Positions 1-10,629 of a stretch of DNA of 64,000 bases are shown piece after piece. Under the pieces are notes generated by a model. The model ran no database searches. It saw only the letters and a program-made list of their open reading frames with translations, and was not told the origin of the DNA. Source of the DNA: Synechococcus sp. (GTDB lineage Bacteria; Cyanobacteriota; Cyanobacteriia; PCC-6307; Cyanobiaceae); contig JBJBDL010000003.1 of NCBI GenBank assembly GCA_047285305.1, forward strand, positions 416,001-480,000, read 5' to 3'. The translations under genes and the position numbers were made by a program. Every line of letters starts with the position of its first letter. The stretch's first letter is position 1.

Positions 1-1
1 C

Positions 2-778
2 AAGCGCGGTACAGCTGCAGCACTGTTTGAGCGCGTGGATCAGGGTCTTGAAGACCTCAAAGAGAAAGTCAAAGCCACCGACAAACCAGGTTTCATCGCC
101 GATCGACGCTGGACGCTGCGCTGCATCGGTGATGTGGAGGCCCTGCTGGTGCCCGACGGCTTTGAACGGGAGATCCCCGCAGAATTCGATGCCCTGCCAC
201 GGCTGCAGGGACGAGCCACCCTCAGCGTGAGCACCACCCAGGGGGAGCTGACCACCGTTGTGGATGGCTACAACGCCCCACTCACCGCAGGCGCCTTCGT
301 CGACCTCGCCCTCAAGGGCTTCTATGACGGACTGCCCTTTATCCGGGCTGAGGACTTTTACGTGCTCCAGAGCGGTGATCCGGAAGGGCCGGAAATCGGC
401 TACGTGGATCCAAAGACCAAACAGGAGCGCCATGTGCCCCTGGAGATCCGCGTGCCGGGCGAAGACGACACGATCTACAACGAAACCTTTGAGGACGTGG
501 GCCTATTCATGGCCACACCAACCCTTCCGTTCGCGACCCTGGGCACCCTTGGCTGGGCCCATTCAGACCAAGCCCTCGACGACGGATCCTCGCAGTTCTT
601 CATGTTTCTCTACGAGGCGGAACTCACCCCAGCTGGTCTGAACCTCGTGGATGGCCGCAATGCAGCCTTCGGCTACGTGGTGGATGGATTCGATGTTCTG
701 GAGGAATTGGGCGTCGATGACCGGATCACCGCCGTGAAGGTGGTTGAGGGGGCGGAGCAGCTCAAAGCCCACGCATGA
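2..778 (+). CDS. Cyclophilin-type peptidyl-prolyl isomerase (thylakoid lumen TLP40/CYP38-like), 5'-truncated by the window
   Basis: Motifs VDGYNAPLTAGAFVDL, QSGDP, GSSQFF, DGRNAAFGYV; the frame is open back to the window start. Confidence 0.9.
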   Translation, partial: KRGTAAALFERVDQGLEDLKEKVKATDKPGFIADRRWTLRCIGDVEALLVPDGFEREIPAEFDALPRLQGRATLSVSTTQGELTTVVDGYNAPLTAGAFVDLALKGFYDGLPFIRAEDFYVLQSGDPEGPEIGYVDPKTKQERHVPLEIRVPGEDDTIYNETFEDVGLFMATPTLPFATLGTLGWAHSDQALDDGSSQFFMFLYEAELTPAGLNLVDGRNAAFGYVVDGFDVLEELGVDDRITAVKVVEGAEQLKAHA

Positions 779-1761
779 GCCCGACCCTGGCTGAGCTGAC
801 TGAAGCGGAGCTACTCAGGCGGCTGGCTCGCTTCGCTCCGCCCGATCAGCTCAGTGACGACACTGCAGCTTTGGCCTCTGATGCCCGACCACTTCTGATC
901 AACACCGACGTTCTGGTGGATGGCATCCATTTCAGCGATGCCACCACAAAGGCCATGGATGTGGGCTGGCGCGCGGTTGCCGCGAACTTATCCGACTTGG
1001 CCGCCAGTGGTGCCGTCGACATCGATGGAATCACCGTGGCACTGGTGGCCCCAGGCCACACCCGTTGGGACTGGGTGAACGGGGTATATCAAGGCATCAG
1101 TGCCGCCCTGAGGCAGTACGGCGGGGTTCTGCTGGGAGGTGACTGCTCCAAAGGAGAGGAGAGGCTGCTCTCGATAACGGCACTCGGTCGTCTCGGACCC
1201 CTGCGTCTGCATCGCAACGCAGCCCGCCCTGGCGATGTGTTGGTCACCAGTGGGCCCCATGGGCTCAGCCGACTGGGCCTCGCCCTCCTGAAGGACGATC
1301 CAAACGTGCGTGACATCGCTTTGTACTCAAACCTGCGGGACCAGGCGATCGCACGCCACCAACGCCCGACACCTCGGCTGAAAGAAGTCCAGCAGCTGCT
1401 GGCCTGCAAACCGAAGCATCTGCCCTGGCGGGCTGGGGGAACAGACAGCAGCGACGGACTGCTCTCTGCCGTCGCAGGTCTCTGCTGCAGCAGCGGCTGC
1501 GGAGCGATGCTGCAATACGACCAGCTTCCAATGGCAGAAGGCTGGCCTGAGGGAGCTCGATGGACGGATTGGTGCCTCGTCGGAGGAGAGGACTTTGAGT
1601 TGGTGCTGAGCCTTCCCGAGGCCTGGGCCGATGTCTGGCAGCAATGCGTCCCCGAAAGCCAGCGCATCGGCCAGATCAATGCTGAAGCGGGCGTCATCCG
1701 CTGGGCCCACAACCATGAGCAAGTGGACACAAGCGGATTTGATCACTTCGGCCAGCCCTGA
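775..1761 (+). CDS. thiL: Thiamine-monophosphate kinase
   Basis: DDTA, TDVLVDGIHF, NLSDLAASGA, GGD, DSSDGL, GGEDFEL; ATGA overlap with the upstream gene. Confidence 0.95.
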   Translation: MSPTLAELTEAELLRRLARFAPPDQLSDDTAALASDARPLLINTDVLVDGIHFSDATTKAMDVGWRAVAANLSDLAASGAVDIDGITVALVAPGHTRWDWVNGVYQGISAALRQYGGVLLGGDCSKGEERLLSITALGRLGPLRLHRNAARPGDVLVTSGPHGLSRLGLALLKDDPNVRDIALYSNLRDQAIARHQRPTPRLKEVQQLLACKPKHLPWRAGGTDSSDGLLSAVAGLCCSSGCGAMLQYDQLPMAEGWPEGARWTDWCLVGGEDFELVLSLPEAWADVWQQCVPESQRIGQINAEAGVIRWAHNHEQVDTSGFDHFGQP

Positions 1762-1787
1762 ACAGCCCTGAGCGACGAAGCCTGATC

Positions 1788-1825
1788 AAAAAAAATCCCC
1801 CCCAGATCGGGAGGGATCAAAAAAA
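1788..1825 (-). terminator. Intrinsic terminator downstream of gap2, between convergent thiL and gap2
   Basis: Minus strand ATCCCTCCC-GATCT-GGGGGGGAT followed by a T8 run. Confidence 0.75.
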
Positions 1826-1839
1826 CGATCAACTTGCGA

Positions 1840-2865
1840 TCACTTCCAGTTCTTGGCCACCACCTCGGCGAGGTCAACAACACGCTGGCTGTAGCCCCAC
1901 TCGTTGTCGTACCAGGCCAGGATCTTCACAGCCTTGTCACCCATGGCGTAGGTGAGGTCGGCATCAAAGATGGTGGACTCGTTGGTACCGGCGTAGTCAG
2001 TAGACACCAAGGGCAGATCGCTGTACTTGATGATCCCCTTCATGCCGTTCTCGGAGGCCGACTTGATGGCAGCCTTGATGTCGTCGACGCTGGCGGCACG
2101 GGAGGGGCCGAAGGTGAGGTCAACGGCGGAGACGTTCGGGGTGGGAACGCGCATGGCGAAACCGGTGAGCTTGCCCTTCACCTCGGGGTAAACCAGAGCC
2201 ACGGCCTTGGCTGCACCGGTGGTCGTGGGAACCATGTTCAGAGCTGCAGCACGGGCGCGGCGCAGGTCGCGGTGGCTGTTGTCCAGGATCCGCTGGTCGC
2301 CGGTGTAGCTGTGAATGGTGGTCATCAGACCCCAGTCGAGGCCGAAGTTCTGATCCAGAACTTTGACGATCGGTGCCAGGCAGTTGGTGGTGCAGCTGGC
2401 GTTGCTGAGGATGTCCCAGTCTTCGTGGCGGTACTGGTCGTCGTTAACACCCACAACGAAGGTGCCGACGCGATCACCCTTGCCAGGAGCGGTGAGGATC
2501 ACCTTCTTGGCGCCAGCCTGGATGTGCATGCTGGCCTTCTCATCGGTGTTGAACACACCGGTGGACTCGATCACCAGGTCAACGCCCCACTCTTTCCAGG
2601 GGCAGTTGAGAGGATTGCGGTCGGCGAAGAACTTGATCTCCTTACCGTTAACGAACATCGAGGTGTCCGTGGTCTTGATGTCTACGGAGGGATCGAGACG
2701 CCCAAGGATGGAGTCGTAGGTCAGCAGGTGAGCGCTGGTGGCGGGGTCGGAGGTGGAGTTCATCCCCACGATTTCCAGGCCGGTGTCAGCGCCCCGGCTG
2801 ATCCATCCCCGCAGAACATTGCGACCGATCCGGCCGAATCCATTGATCGCAACGCGCAGGGTCAT
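1840..2865 (-). CDS. gap2: NAD(P)-dependent glyceraldehyde-3-phosphate dehydrogenase (Calvin-cycle type)
   Basis: [47 protein letters not shown] at 2865. Confidence 0.96.
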   Translation of the reverse strand: MTLRVAINGFGRIGRNVLRGWISRGADTGLEIVGMNSTSDPATSAHLLTYDSILGRLDPSVDIKTTDTSMFVNGKEIKFFADRNPLNCPWKEWGVDLVIESTGVFNTDEKASMHIQAGAKKVILTAPGKGDRVGTFVVGVNDDQYRHEDWDILSNASCTTNCLAPIVKVLDQNFGLDWGLMTTIHSYTGDQRILDNSHRDLRRARAAALNMVPTTTGAAKAVALVYPEVKGKLTGFAMRVPTPNVSAVDLTFGPSRAASVDDIKAAIKSASENGMKGIIKYSDLPLVSTDYAGTNESTIFDADLTYAMGDKAVKILAWYDNEWGYSQRVVDLAEVVAKNWK

Positions 2866-3025
2866 GGCAGAAGCGGCAAAGCCGCGCAAGGGTTTTGGCC
2901 GCCGATCATACAGAAATCAGCAGAAATACCTTGTTCCACCCCGCTTCAATCAGCTCGATCAGGCCCTCAGCACAGCGGACAAGCAGCGGCAGCTGACTTA
3001 TCTTTCTTCAGACTGAAACCCTCCG

Positions 3026-4435
3026 TTGCCGCGCCTGCTCGACCGTCAGACACCAGTCCACTTCATCGGTGTCGGCGGAATTGGTATGTCGGCTTTGGCC
3101 CGGATTCTCGTTGACCGCGGTCATTCGGTCAGCGGCTCAGACCCGCGTGACAATGCGACAACACAACAACTGAAGACCCTCGGGGTGAAAGTCTTCAGTC
3201 AGCAGGACGCCACCTGCATTGATGCCGTCACGGGAGCAACAGCCGCTGGCTCACCGGTGGTGGTAATCAGCACAGCTATCCCCGAGAGCAATCCGGAACT
3301 GCAGCGGGCCCGACAGCAAGGGCTGGAGATCTGGCATCGCTCCGATCTACTGGCGGCTCTGATCGAGCAGCAACCCTCCATTGCAGTCGCCGGTAGCCAC
3401 GGCAAGACCACCACCAGCACCTTAATCACCACCTTGCTGCTGGAGGCCGATCAGGACCCAACCGCTGTGATTGGAGGCATCGTCCCCAGCCTCGGCAGCA
3501 ATGGTCATGCTGGCCAGGGAAAGCTGCTCGTGGCCGAGGCGGATGAATCCGACGGGTCCCTGGTGAAGTTCAGCCCCAGCCTTGGGGTGATCACCAACCT
3601 GGAACTGGATCACACCGATCACTACTCCAGCGTCGACGACCTGATCTCCACCCTGCAGCGCTTCGCAGGGGGTTGCGATCGCGTGCTGGCCAATCACGAC
3701 TGCCCGATCCTGCAGGAACACTTCCAGCCAACGGCCTGGTGGTCCAACCAAAGCGCCGAATCTGCTGACTTCGCCGCCCTGCCCTTGAGCCTTGAAGGCG
3801 ATCGCTGCGTCGCACGTTTCTATGAAGCCGGCCACCCCGTCGGCGACTTCACCCTGCCGATGGCCGGGCTGCACAACCTGAGCAATGCCACAGGCGCCTT
3901 GGCCGCCTGCCGGATGGAAGGTCTCCCCTTCGACCAATTGGTGGAAGGCCTCGCTGGCCTGAAAGCACCAGGCCGCCGATTTGATCTTCGGGGCACCTGG
4001 AAGGGGCGTCACATCGTTGATGACTACGCCCACCATCCCAGTGAGGTGCAGGCAACCCTGGAGATGGCACGCCTGATGGTGCTCAGTGGCCGCAGTCCAC
4101 TCCCCACAGCACCAAAACGGCTCCTGGCGGTGTTCCAGCCGCACCGCTACAGCCGCACCAGGCAGTTCCTCGATGGCTTCGCCAAAGCCCTGCAGAACTG
4201 TGATCTGCTGCTGCTGGCTCCCGTCTATCCCGCAGGCGAACAACCGCTGCAGGGCATCAGCAGCAACGCCCTGGCGGATCGGGTGCGCGAGCTAAAACCG
4301 GATCTAGAGATCGCCGTCGCAGACAACCTCGATCAACTCACCGAGCTGGTGATCCAGCACAGCTGCGAGAGCGATCTTGTTCTGGCCATGGGTGCTGGCG
4401 ACGTGAATGGACTGTGGTCAAGGCTGACGTCATGA
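3026..4435 (+). CDS. murC: UDP-N-acetylmuramate-L-alanine ligase
   Basis: [40 protein letters not shown]. Confidence 0.97.
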   Translation: MPRLLDRQTPVHFIGVGGIGMSALARILVDRGHSVSGSDPRDNATTQQLKTLGVKVFSQQDATCIDAVTGATAAGSPVVVISTAIPESNPELQRARQQGLEIWHRSDLLAALIEQQPSIAVAGSHGKTTTSTLITTLLLEADQDPTAVIGGIVPSLGSNGHAGQGKLLVAEADESDGSLVKFSPSLGVITNLELDHTDHYSSVDDLISTLQRFAGGCDRVLANHDCPILQEHFQPTAWWSNQSAESADFAALPLSLEGDRCVARFYEAGHPVGDFTLPMAGLHNLSNATGALAACRMEGLPFDQLVEGLAGLKAPGRRFDLRGTWKGRHIVDDYAHHPSEVQATLEMARLMVLSGRSPLPTAPKRLLAVFQPHRYSRTRQFLDGFAKALQNCDLLLLAPVYPAGEQPLQGISSNALADRVRELKPDLEIAVADNLDQLTELVIQHSCESDLVLAMGAGDVNGLWSRLTS

Positions 4436-5334
4436 CCCAGTGCAATCCCCGCCTGCCGCAGGCCGGAGTCAAGCTGGCGGACTACACCACCTGGCGGGTG
4501 GGAGGAGCGGCCGAATGGCTGGCCGAACCCGCCAGCTTTGAGGAAACCCAGGCCTGGATCGAATGGGCCGCTCATCAGGGCATGCCCTGCCGCGTCATCG
4601 GCGCTGGGTCGAACCTGCTGATTCACGATGACGGCCTGCCGGGGCTCTCGCTCTGTCTGCGCAAACTTCAGGGGCTGCAGCTTGATGCCACCACGGGGAC
4701 CGTGGAGGTGCTCGCAGGCGAACCGATCCCATCACTGGCAAGACGCGCTGCACGCGCTGGATTGCATGGTCTGGAGTGGTCGGTTGGCATCCCGGGAACC
4801 GCTGGCGGTGCGGCTGTGATGAATGCAGGAGCCCAGGGAGGCTGCACAGCGGAATGGTTGGAGTCGGTGCGAGTCATGCCCCTGGAGGGGGGCAACTGCT
4901 TTGAGCTGCAGCGGAATCAACTGGACTTCGCGTACCGGCACAGCCGTCTTCAAGAGGACGACCTTGTGGTGTTGTCGGCACGGTTCCGCTTGCAGCCCGG
5001 TCACGATCCGGATGAACTGAAGCGGGTCACCACTGCGAACCTCAGTCACCGCACCACCACTCAGCCCTATCAACAACCCAGCTGCGGCAGTGTCTTCCGC
5101 AATCCCGAACCACTCAAGGCCGGACGGCTGATCGAAGAGCAGGGGCTGAAGGGAACCCGGATCGGGGGCGCCGAAATCTCAACCGTGCATGCCAATTTCA
5201 TCGTCAATACCGGTGATGCCCAGGCGAAGGACATCGCCCAGTTGATCCAGCTGGTGCAGGACCGCATCGAAGCCGAGCACGGAATTCGTCTGCACCCCGA
5301 AGTGAAGCGGCTGGGATTCGCTTCGGCGGCTTAA
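4432..5334 (+). CDS. murB: UDP-N-acetylenolpyruvoylglucosamine reductase
   Basis: [42 protein letters not shown] overlap with murC. Confidence 0.96.
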   Translation: MTQCNPRLPQAGVKLADYTTWRVGGAAEWLAEPASFEETQAWIEWAAHQGMPCRVIGAGSNLLIHDDGLPGLSLCLRKLQGLQLDATTGTVEVLAGEPIPSLARRAARAGLHGLEWSVGIPGTAGGAAVMNAGAQGGCTAEWLESVRVMPLEGGNCFELQRNQLDFAYRHSRLQEDDLVVLSARFRLQPGHDPDELKRVTTANLSHRTTTQPYQQPSCGSVFRNPEPLKAGRLIEEQGLKGTRIGGAEISTVHANFIVNTGDAQAKDIAQLIQLVQDRIEAEHGIRLHPEVKRLGFASAA

Positions 5335-5358
5335 CGTTCCGGCTCCCACAGTATCGCC

Positions 5359-5700
5359 ATGGCAGGGTTCGGACTCCCCAATTTCGGCCAACTCACCGAA
5401 GCCTTTAAAAAGGCCCAGGAGATTCAGCAGAACGCTCAGGCCCTGCAGGACGAACTGGACGGGATGGAGATCGAAGGCAAGAGCAGCGATGGCCGTGCCA
5501 GCGTTTGGCTGTCGGGCAACCAGCAACCCCTGCGGGTGCGGTTGGACCCAGCCCTGCTGCAGGAGGGCCAACAGGCCAGCGAAACGGCCACCCTTGAAGC
5601 CCTGCAGGCGGCCTATGAGCAATCCACCGCCACGATGAAGGGCCGGATGGAAGAACTCACTGGTGGCCTGAATCTCAACCTCCCCGGGATGGGCGGCTGA
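5359..5700 (+). CDS. ybaB: YbaB/EbfC nucleoid-associated protein
   Basis: 113 aa with [25 protein letters not shown] and a GL.LPG C-terminus. Confidence 0.9.
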   Translation: MAGFGLPNFGQLTEAFKKAQEIQQNAQALQDELDGMEIEGKSSDGRASVWLSGNQQPLRVRLDPALLQEGQQASETATLEALQAAYEQSTATMKGRMEELTGGLNLNLPGMGG

Positions 5701-6589
5701 GGCTGCTCTGCTCGATCAACGCGGCCTTGTACAGGGCATAGCGTTCCCACTTAGTGGAGACACCGCAACCGGGCTCACCGCGATGCAGACAGTCGCGGAA
5801 GCGACAGGGCCAGGGATCAAGTTGCTGCCGCAGCTCTGGAAAGAGGACCCCCAGTTCCTGGGGGTCATCCGGCAGATCTGGACGGTTGAACCCAGGGGTG
5901 TCAGCCACCCTCGTGCTCGGGCCCAGGGGAAACAACTCCACGTGGCGGGTGGTGTGGCGCCCGCGCTGCAGTCGGCCGGACACTGCAGCCGTGCGCAGTT
6001 GAAGATCAGGACGCAACTGGTTCAGCAGGCTGCTCTTGCCCACCCCGGAAGGCCCACACAGCACCGACAGCTGCGCACCAGCCAGACGCTGCCGTAAAGC
6101 ATCAATACCCGTTCCGGCTGCACTGGACAGCGCCAGCGGGTCATAGCCCCACCCCTGCAACCGGGTCACAAGCCGCTCGAGCGCTGCAGCTGAAAGAAGG
6201 TCTGCCTTTGTGAGCAGAAGGATCACCTTCAGCCCGGTCCGTTCCGCCGTCAACAGGAAGCGACTGGCTTGATCAGGGTCAAAGCTGGGCTGTTCCACCG
6301 CCAACACCACAGCCACCAAGGAGACGTTGGCCACCGGTGGGCGTGTGAGAAAACTGTGGCGTGGCTCGACCTCGGCCACCACAGCACGCCCCTGGCCTGG
6401 ATCAATCGCCTCGACGCGAACCCGATCGCCCACGTAAACGGCTTCACCACGATGGCTGAGCCGGGTGCGACGAGTGCAGAGAAGCCGCCCTGGGCATCCA
6501 TGAGGTGCGACATCCAGCTCAACCTCCAGGTAGTTGGCCTGGAGCGCCACCACCATTCCGGATGCCACCGAACTACCGGTGTCAGCCAC
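5675..6589 (-). CDS. rsgA: Ribosome small subunit-dependent GTPase A
   Basis: [36 protein letters not shown] zinc motif. Confidence 0.96.
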   Translation of the reverse strand: MADTGSSVASGMVVALQANYLEVELDVAPHGCPGRLLCTRRTRLSHRGEAVYVGDRVRVEAIDPGQGRAVVAEVEPRHSFLTRPPVANVSLVAVVLAVEQPSFDPDQASRFLLTAERTGLKVILLLTKADLLSAAALERLVTRLQGWGYDPLALSSAAGTGIDALRQRLAGAQLSVLCGPSGVGKSSLLNQLRPDLQLRTAAVSGRLQRGRHTTRHVELFPLGPSTRVADTPGFNRPDLPDDPQELGVLFPELRQQLDPWPCRFRDCLHRGEPGCGVSTKWERYALYKAALIEQSSLSRPSRGG

Positions 6590-6809
6590 CGCAGATCACC
6601 TCGATTGTGATGGCATCCGACGTTTGATCAATGCACTCCACACGATGGCCTGCATCCCTCAGGCCTGGAAGAACCATGGCCTCAGGCTCACCCCGATCGA
6701 GAGAGACTTCTAGACAGTCACCGCTGCTCATCTGCTCGAGGGTGAGCTTGCAGCGAATGAAATTCACCGGACAGGGCGTTCCCCGCAGATCCAGGGAACG
6801 CCTGCTCAT
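6582..6809 (-). CDS. TusA/SirA-like sulfur carrier protein
   Basis: [12 protein letters not shown] motif, 75 aa. Confidence 0.88.
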   Translation of the reverse strand: MSRRSLDLRGTPCPVNFIRCKLTLEQMSSGDCLEVSLDRGEPEAMVLPGLRDAGHRVECIDQTSDAITIEVICGG

Positions 6810-7942
6810 CCCTTCTGACCGAACAAGCGAGCGAACAGACCACTGTTGTGATGGTGGTGTTGCTTGCCGCGGGCGGAATGGTGACCCGCCAACTGCTCGA
6901 GGAGCTCCCGCTCCACATCACTGATCCGCTTCGGCAGGTCCACGGTGACCGTCACGCGCTGATCACCCCGTGCCACCGGATTCCCCAGCTTGGGAATGCC
7001 CAGATTCGGCAGGGTAAGCACCGTGCCGGGCTGGGTGCCGGCGGGGATGTCCAGCTCCTTGCTGCCATCCACTGTTTCCACCTCAATGGTGTCGCCAAGA
7101 ATCGCCTGGAGGTAGCTGACCTTGACCTCCGAGAAGATGTTCAGGCCATCCCGCTGCAAGCGCGGGTGATTGCGAACGGTGAGGAAAACGTAAAGGTCAC
7201 CGGACGGGCCTCCCCGGGGTCCGGCGTTGCCTTCGCCAGTCACACGAAGCCGTGTTCCCGTGTCCACCCCGGCAGGGATGTTGATCCGCAACTTCTTGCG
7301 CACCTGTTTGACACCCTGGCCACCACAGGACCCGCATGGATCCGAAATCACCTGGCCCGTGCCTCCGCAGTTGGGGCACTCAGCGACCTGGGTGAAACTG
7401 CCGAAAGGAGTCCTGGTGGCACGGCGCACCTGCCCGGCGCCGCCACAAGTGCCACAGGTGGTGGGTCCACTGCCCGCTTTGGCACCGCTGCCGCCGCAGG
7501 TGTCGCAGGTCTCAAGATGCGGGATCTTGATCTCCTGCTCCTGACCGAACACCGCCTGCTCGAAATCGATGGTCAGGTCGTAACGCAGGTCATCCCCCTG
7601 CTGAGCGCCCTGACGCCGCGGCCGACCAGCTCCAGCACCACCGGGTCCACCGAAGCCCTGAAAAAACGTCTCGAACAAATCCGCGAATCCGCCCATGTCC
7701 CCCATGTCGGGGGCACCGGCCGCACCACCAAGTCCGGCTTCACCGAACTGGTCATAACGAGCCCTGGTCTGGGGATCACTGAGCACCTCGTAGGCGCGGC
7801 CGATTTCCTTGAAACGATCTTCAGCTCCCGGATCTTTGTTGATGTCGGGGTGGTACTGACGCGCCATGCGCCGATAAGCCCTCTTGAGGCTGTCGGGATC
7901 CACATCCCGGCTGACGCCAAGCAGGTCGTAGAAGTCGGCCAT
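6806..7942 (-). CDS. dnaJ: Chaperone DnaJ
   Basis: HPD J-domain, G/F region, four CxxCxGxG repeats. Confidence 0.98.
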   Translation of the reverse strand: MADFYDLLGVSRDVDPDSLKRAYRRMARQYHPDINKDPGAEDRFKEIGRAYEVLSDPQTRARYDQFGEAGLGGAAGAPDMGDMGGFADLFETFFQGFGGPGGAGAGRPRRQGAQQGDDLRYDLTIDFEQAVFGQEQEIKIPHLETCDTCGGSGAKAGSGPTTCGTCGGAGQVRRATRTPFGSFTQVAECPNCGGTGQVISDPCGSCGGQGVKQVRKKLRINIPAGVDTGTRLRVTGEGNAGPRGGPSGDLYVFLTVRNHPRLQRDGLNIFSEVKVSYLQAILGDTIEVETVDGSKELDIPAGTQPGTVLTLPNLGIPKLGNPVARGDQRVTVTVDLPKRISDVERELLEQLAGHHSARGKQHHHHNSGLFARLFGQKG

Positions 7943-8619
7943 CAGGCCTCCTCCGCCGTCTGATCCGGTGCCGCTGCGGCCTCAGCGGGCGCTGACACTG
8001 GATCGGATGGTCCTGGACCCATTGACACCTTCACCATGGCGTGGCGCAGCACGCGCCCATCGCGGTGGTAGCCGCGCTGAAGCTCCTCGCAGACCACGTC
8101 CTCAGCGAACTCGCTGCTTTCCTCCCGCAGCACGGCCTCATGCAGATTGGGGTCGAACTCCTGGCCAACCACTTCCATCCGGGCCACCCCCTGCTGCTTC
8201 AGCACCTCCACCAATTGCTTGTACAGACCCTGGTAACTACGGTGCAGCGCTTGGGCTTCCTCACCTTCAGGATTCAGCTGCTGACGAGCCCGCTCGAAGT
8301 TGTCGACAACGGGGAGAATCTCCGTGAGGGTCGAGCAGACCAGCTGCTGACGCATATCGTCCTGATCGCGGCTCTGGCGCTTGCGGAAGTTGTCGAAATC
8401 CGCCGCAATGCGCATGTATTGGCTGTTGAGCGTCTCGTACTCCTGCTTCAACGCGCTCAACTCCTGCTCGAGCTGCTGCATCCGATCCGCCGGATCCACC
8501 GCTGCAGGAGCCTGTTCAGACGTCGCCTCGGGCGCATCAGGAGCGGACTCCGGCGTGGCTGGAACAGCACCGGACGCAACGGTCTGGTCCTGCTCTGGGG
8601 TGGAGGCGTCGCCGCTCAT
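7942..8619 (-). CDS. grpE: Nucleotide exchange factor GrpE
   Basis: [44 protein letters not shown]. Confidence 0.97.
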   Translation of the reverse strand: MSGDASTPEQDQTVASGAVPATPESAPDAPEATSEQAPAAVDPADRMQQLEQELSALKQEYETLNSQYMRIAADFDNFRKRQSRDQDDMRQQLVCSTLTEILPVVDNFERARQQLNPEGEEAQALHRSYQGLYKQLVEVLKQQGVARMEVVGQEFDPNLHEAVLREESSEFAEDVVCEELQRGYHRDGRVLRHAMVKVSMGPGPSDPVSAPAEAAAAPDQTAEEA

Positions 8620-8709
8620 GCTGACCGCTCAGGGATTGCTGTTTAGACATGTTGAAGGGCAACGCTTACCTCCCACAAGCTGCGGAAGCCCGCACCTCCG
8701 TCGCCATCA

Positions 8710-8931
8710 ATGACTCTGACGCTGCTCACCCCCGATGCCGGCGAGACGGCACGGCAGCGTTTCTCCCTTGAATTGCTGTTCCAGCAACCGGTTCCGAGCC
8801 CAGAGCAACTGCTGGAAAGCCGCAAGCTGCTCAGCGACGCCCTCCCGGACGTCAGCCTGAATCAATGGGGAGCACTGCAGCGATGGCCTGGCCCGCCAGC
8901 CAACCGCCGCTCCAGCAAGCCTGAAAGTTGA
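8710..8931 (+). pseudogene. Probable 5' remnant of a GspE/PilB type IV pilus ATPase, fused to the antisense 3' end of the neighbouring flavoprotein gene
   Basis: The first ~57 codons (MTLTLLTPD..LELLFQQPVP..QWGALQ) resemble, from recall, the N-terminus of marine Synechococcus GspE/PilB found at this locus. The rest is the antisense of the HI0933 gene. Confidence 0.55.
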
Positions 8932-10114
8932 AACCGCCGGTCACCCCATCCACATCCAGCAGTTCACCCGCCAGGTAAAGACCGGGGCAGCGGCGGCTCT
9001 CCATCGTGGCCAGGTTGACCTCCCCCAAGGCGACACCGCCGGCGGTGACGAACTCCTCCCCAAAGGGTCCACGTCCCTGGATCGGCACACTCTGCGCACA
9101 GAGCAGCTCCACCAATCGACGCTCAGCCTTGATCGGCAGATCCGCCCAACGGCGCTCTGGCTCTACCCCAGCCATGGTCAAAAAGGCTTGCCACAACCGC
9201 CGCGGAAGATGTTCGAAGGGCTTTGCTGCTGAAAGGGTTCGCCGGGCCTGCTCCTGTCGCCATTGCTGAAACCGCTCGGTCAGCCCCGACCGCCCCAAGC
9301 CAGCACTCCAATCCAACTTCAGCTCACCCTTGTAGCGGTTCTGATGCAGGGCCCTGGCAGCAAAGGCTGAGAGGCGCAACGTGGCGGGTCCACTCAGACC
9401 ACGGTGGGTGATCAGGACCCGCCCGGTCTGGCGGAAGCGCTGATCGCCCAGCTTGAGATCAAGGCCCACATCGTCGATGGCAATGCCAGTGCAGGCCGAC
9501 AGGGCCGGTGCCTGCAGGGCAAGGCTGAACAGCGATGGCACCGGCGGCACCACCTGGTGGCCGAGGGCTGCCGCCAGGTTTCGGCCACTTGGATGCCCCC
9601 CCGTGGCCAACATCAAGCAGCCCCCATGCAAAGGCTCGAGGCCGCGGCCCTCGAGCACAAACCCCCCCTCGGGGTGAACGCGCACCTGCTGGACCATGGC
9701 CTTCGTGCGCAGCTGGACACCCGATGCCCTTGCCGCCTTCTGCAGGCACTGAATTACGGCCTCAGAACGGTTCTGCTGCGGAAACATCCGTCCATCAGGT
9801 TCCTCCACCAGCGTGAGCCCATGCTCGTCAAACCAGGCGATCGCCTCGCCGCAGGCGAAGCGACTGAAGGGGCCCCGCAGGGGTCGACTGCCACGGGGGT
9901 AATGAGTCGCTAGTTCGCGGGGGTCCCAGCAGGCATGGGTCACATTGCAGCGACCGCCACCGCTGATGCGCACCTTCTGGAGGGGCTCAGGGGTGCCTTC
10001 CAGCACCAGCACATGCCGAACGCCCTGCTCGGCTGCAGTGATCGCCGCCATGTACCCGGCAGGACCACCGCCAACAACAATCAGATCAAGCGGGCTGGAA
10101 GCGGAGGGCGACAC
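8852..10114 (-). CDS. HI0933/BaiN family NAD(P)/FAD-dependent oxidoreductase
   Basis: VVGGGPAG, KVRISGGGRCNVT, LATGG, VTAGGV, GELLDVDGVTGGFNFQ; start uncertain (GTG 10114 chosen). Confidence 0.92.
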   Translation of the reverse strand: MSPSASSPLDLIVVGGGPAGYMAAITAAEQGVRHVLVLEGTPEPLQKVRISGGGRCNVTHACWDPRELATHYPRGSRPLRGPFSRFACGEAIAWFDEHGLTLVEEPDGRMFPQQNRSEAVIQCLQKAARASGVQLRTKAMVQQVRVHPEGGFVLEGRGLEPLHGGCLMLATGGHPSGRNLAAALGHQVVPPVPSLFSLALQAPALSACTGIAIDDVGLDLKLGDQRFRQTGRVLITHRGLSGPATLRLSAFAARALHQNRYKGELKLDWSAGLGRSGLTERFQQWRQEQARRTLSAAKPFEHLPRRLWQAFLTMAGVEPERRWADLPIKAERRLVELLCAQSVPIQGRGPFGEEFVTAGGVALGEVNLATMESRRCPGLYLAGELLDVDGVTGGFNFQACWSGGWLAGQAIAAVLPIDSG

Positions 10115-10589
10115 CGTTGTTGCAATAACGCTTGCCGGTGGGTCGCGGTCCGTCATTGAACACGTGGCCCTGGTGCCCACCACAACGGCTGCAGTGGTAT
10201 TCCGTGCGCGGCAGGATCAATTTGAAATCTACTTTCGTGGCGATGGCTCCATCTAGGGGCTGCCAGAAGCTGGGCCAGCCGGTGCCGCTATCGAATTTGG
10301 CATCCGACGAAAACAAGGCTGCATCACACCCAGCGCAGTGATAGGTGCCGGAACGCTTCTCCCCATTTAGCGAACTGGTGAACGGGCGCTCCGTTCCTTC
10401 ATTGCGCAACACGTCATAGGCCTGGGGAGACAACCGCTCACGCCACTGGTCGGCATTGAGATTCCACGAGGGATCGCCAGCTTTGGATGCCGCCAGCACA
10501 GGCTGAGATCTCCACAGACTGCCAAACACCCCTGCCATTGCCGCCAACAGCAGCGATCGACGGGACAGAACGGCGGCACTCAAGCTCAT
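10086..10589 (-). CDS. msrB: Peptide-methionine (R)-S-oxide reductase with a Tat-like signal peptide
   Basis: GTERPF, CAGC, KFDSGTGWPSF, GHQGHVFNDGP, RYCNNG; N-terminal SRRSLLL. Confidence 0.95.
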   Translation of the reverse strand: MSLSAAVLSRRSLLLAAMAGVFGSLWRSQPVLAASKAGDPSWNLNADQWRERLSPQAYDVLRNEGTERPFTSSLNGEKRSGTYHCAGCDAALFSSDAKFDSGTGWPSFWQPLDGAIATKVDFKLILPRTEYHCSRCGGHQGHVFNDGPRPTGKRYCNNGVALRFQPA

Positions 10590-10629
10590 CGGTGCTGAAG
10601 CGGGAATCTCGAGCGGTTCTAATGGATTG

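Noticed and set aside
1834..3114. 426-aa ORF antisense to gap2
   Set aside because: Shadow frame produced by strong codon bias in a highly expressed GC-rich gene; no recognisable motifs.
6848..8646. Long plus-strand ORFs opposite dnaJ and grpE (and similar ones opposite argG, thrC, uvrA and acnB)
   Set aside because: Antisense shadows of well-supported genes.
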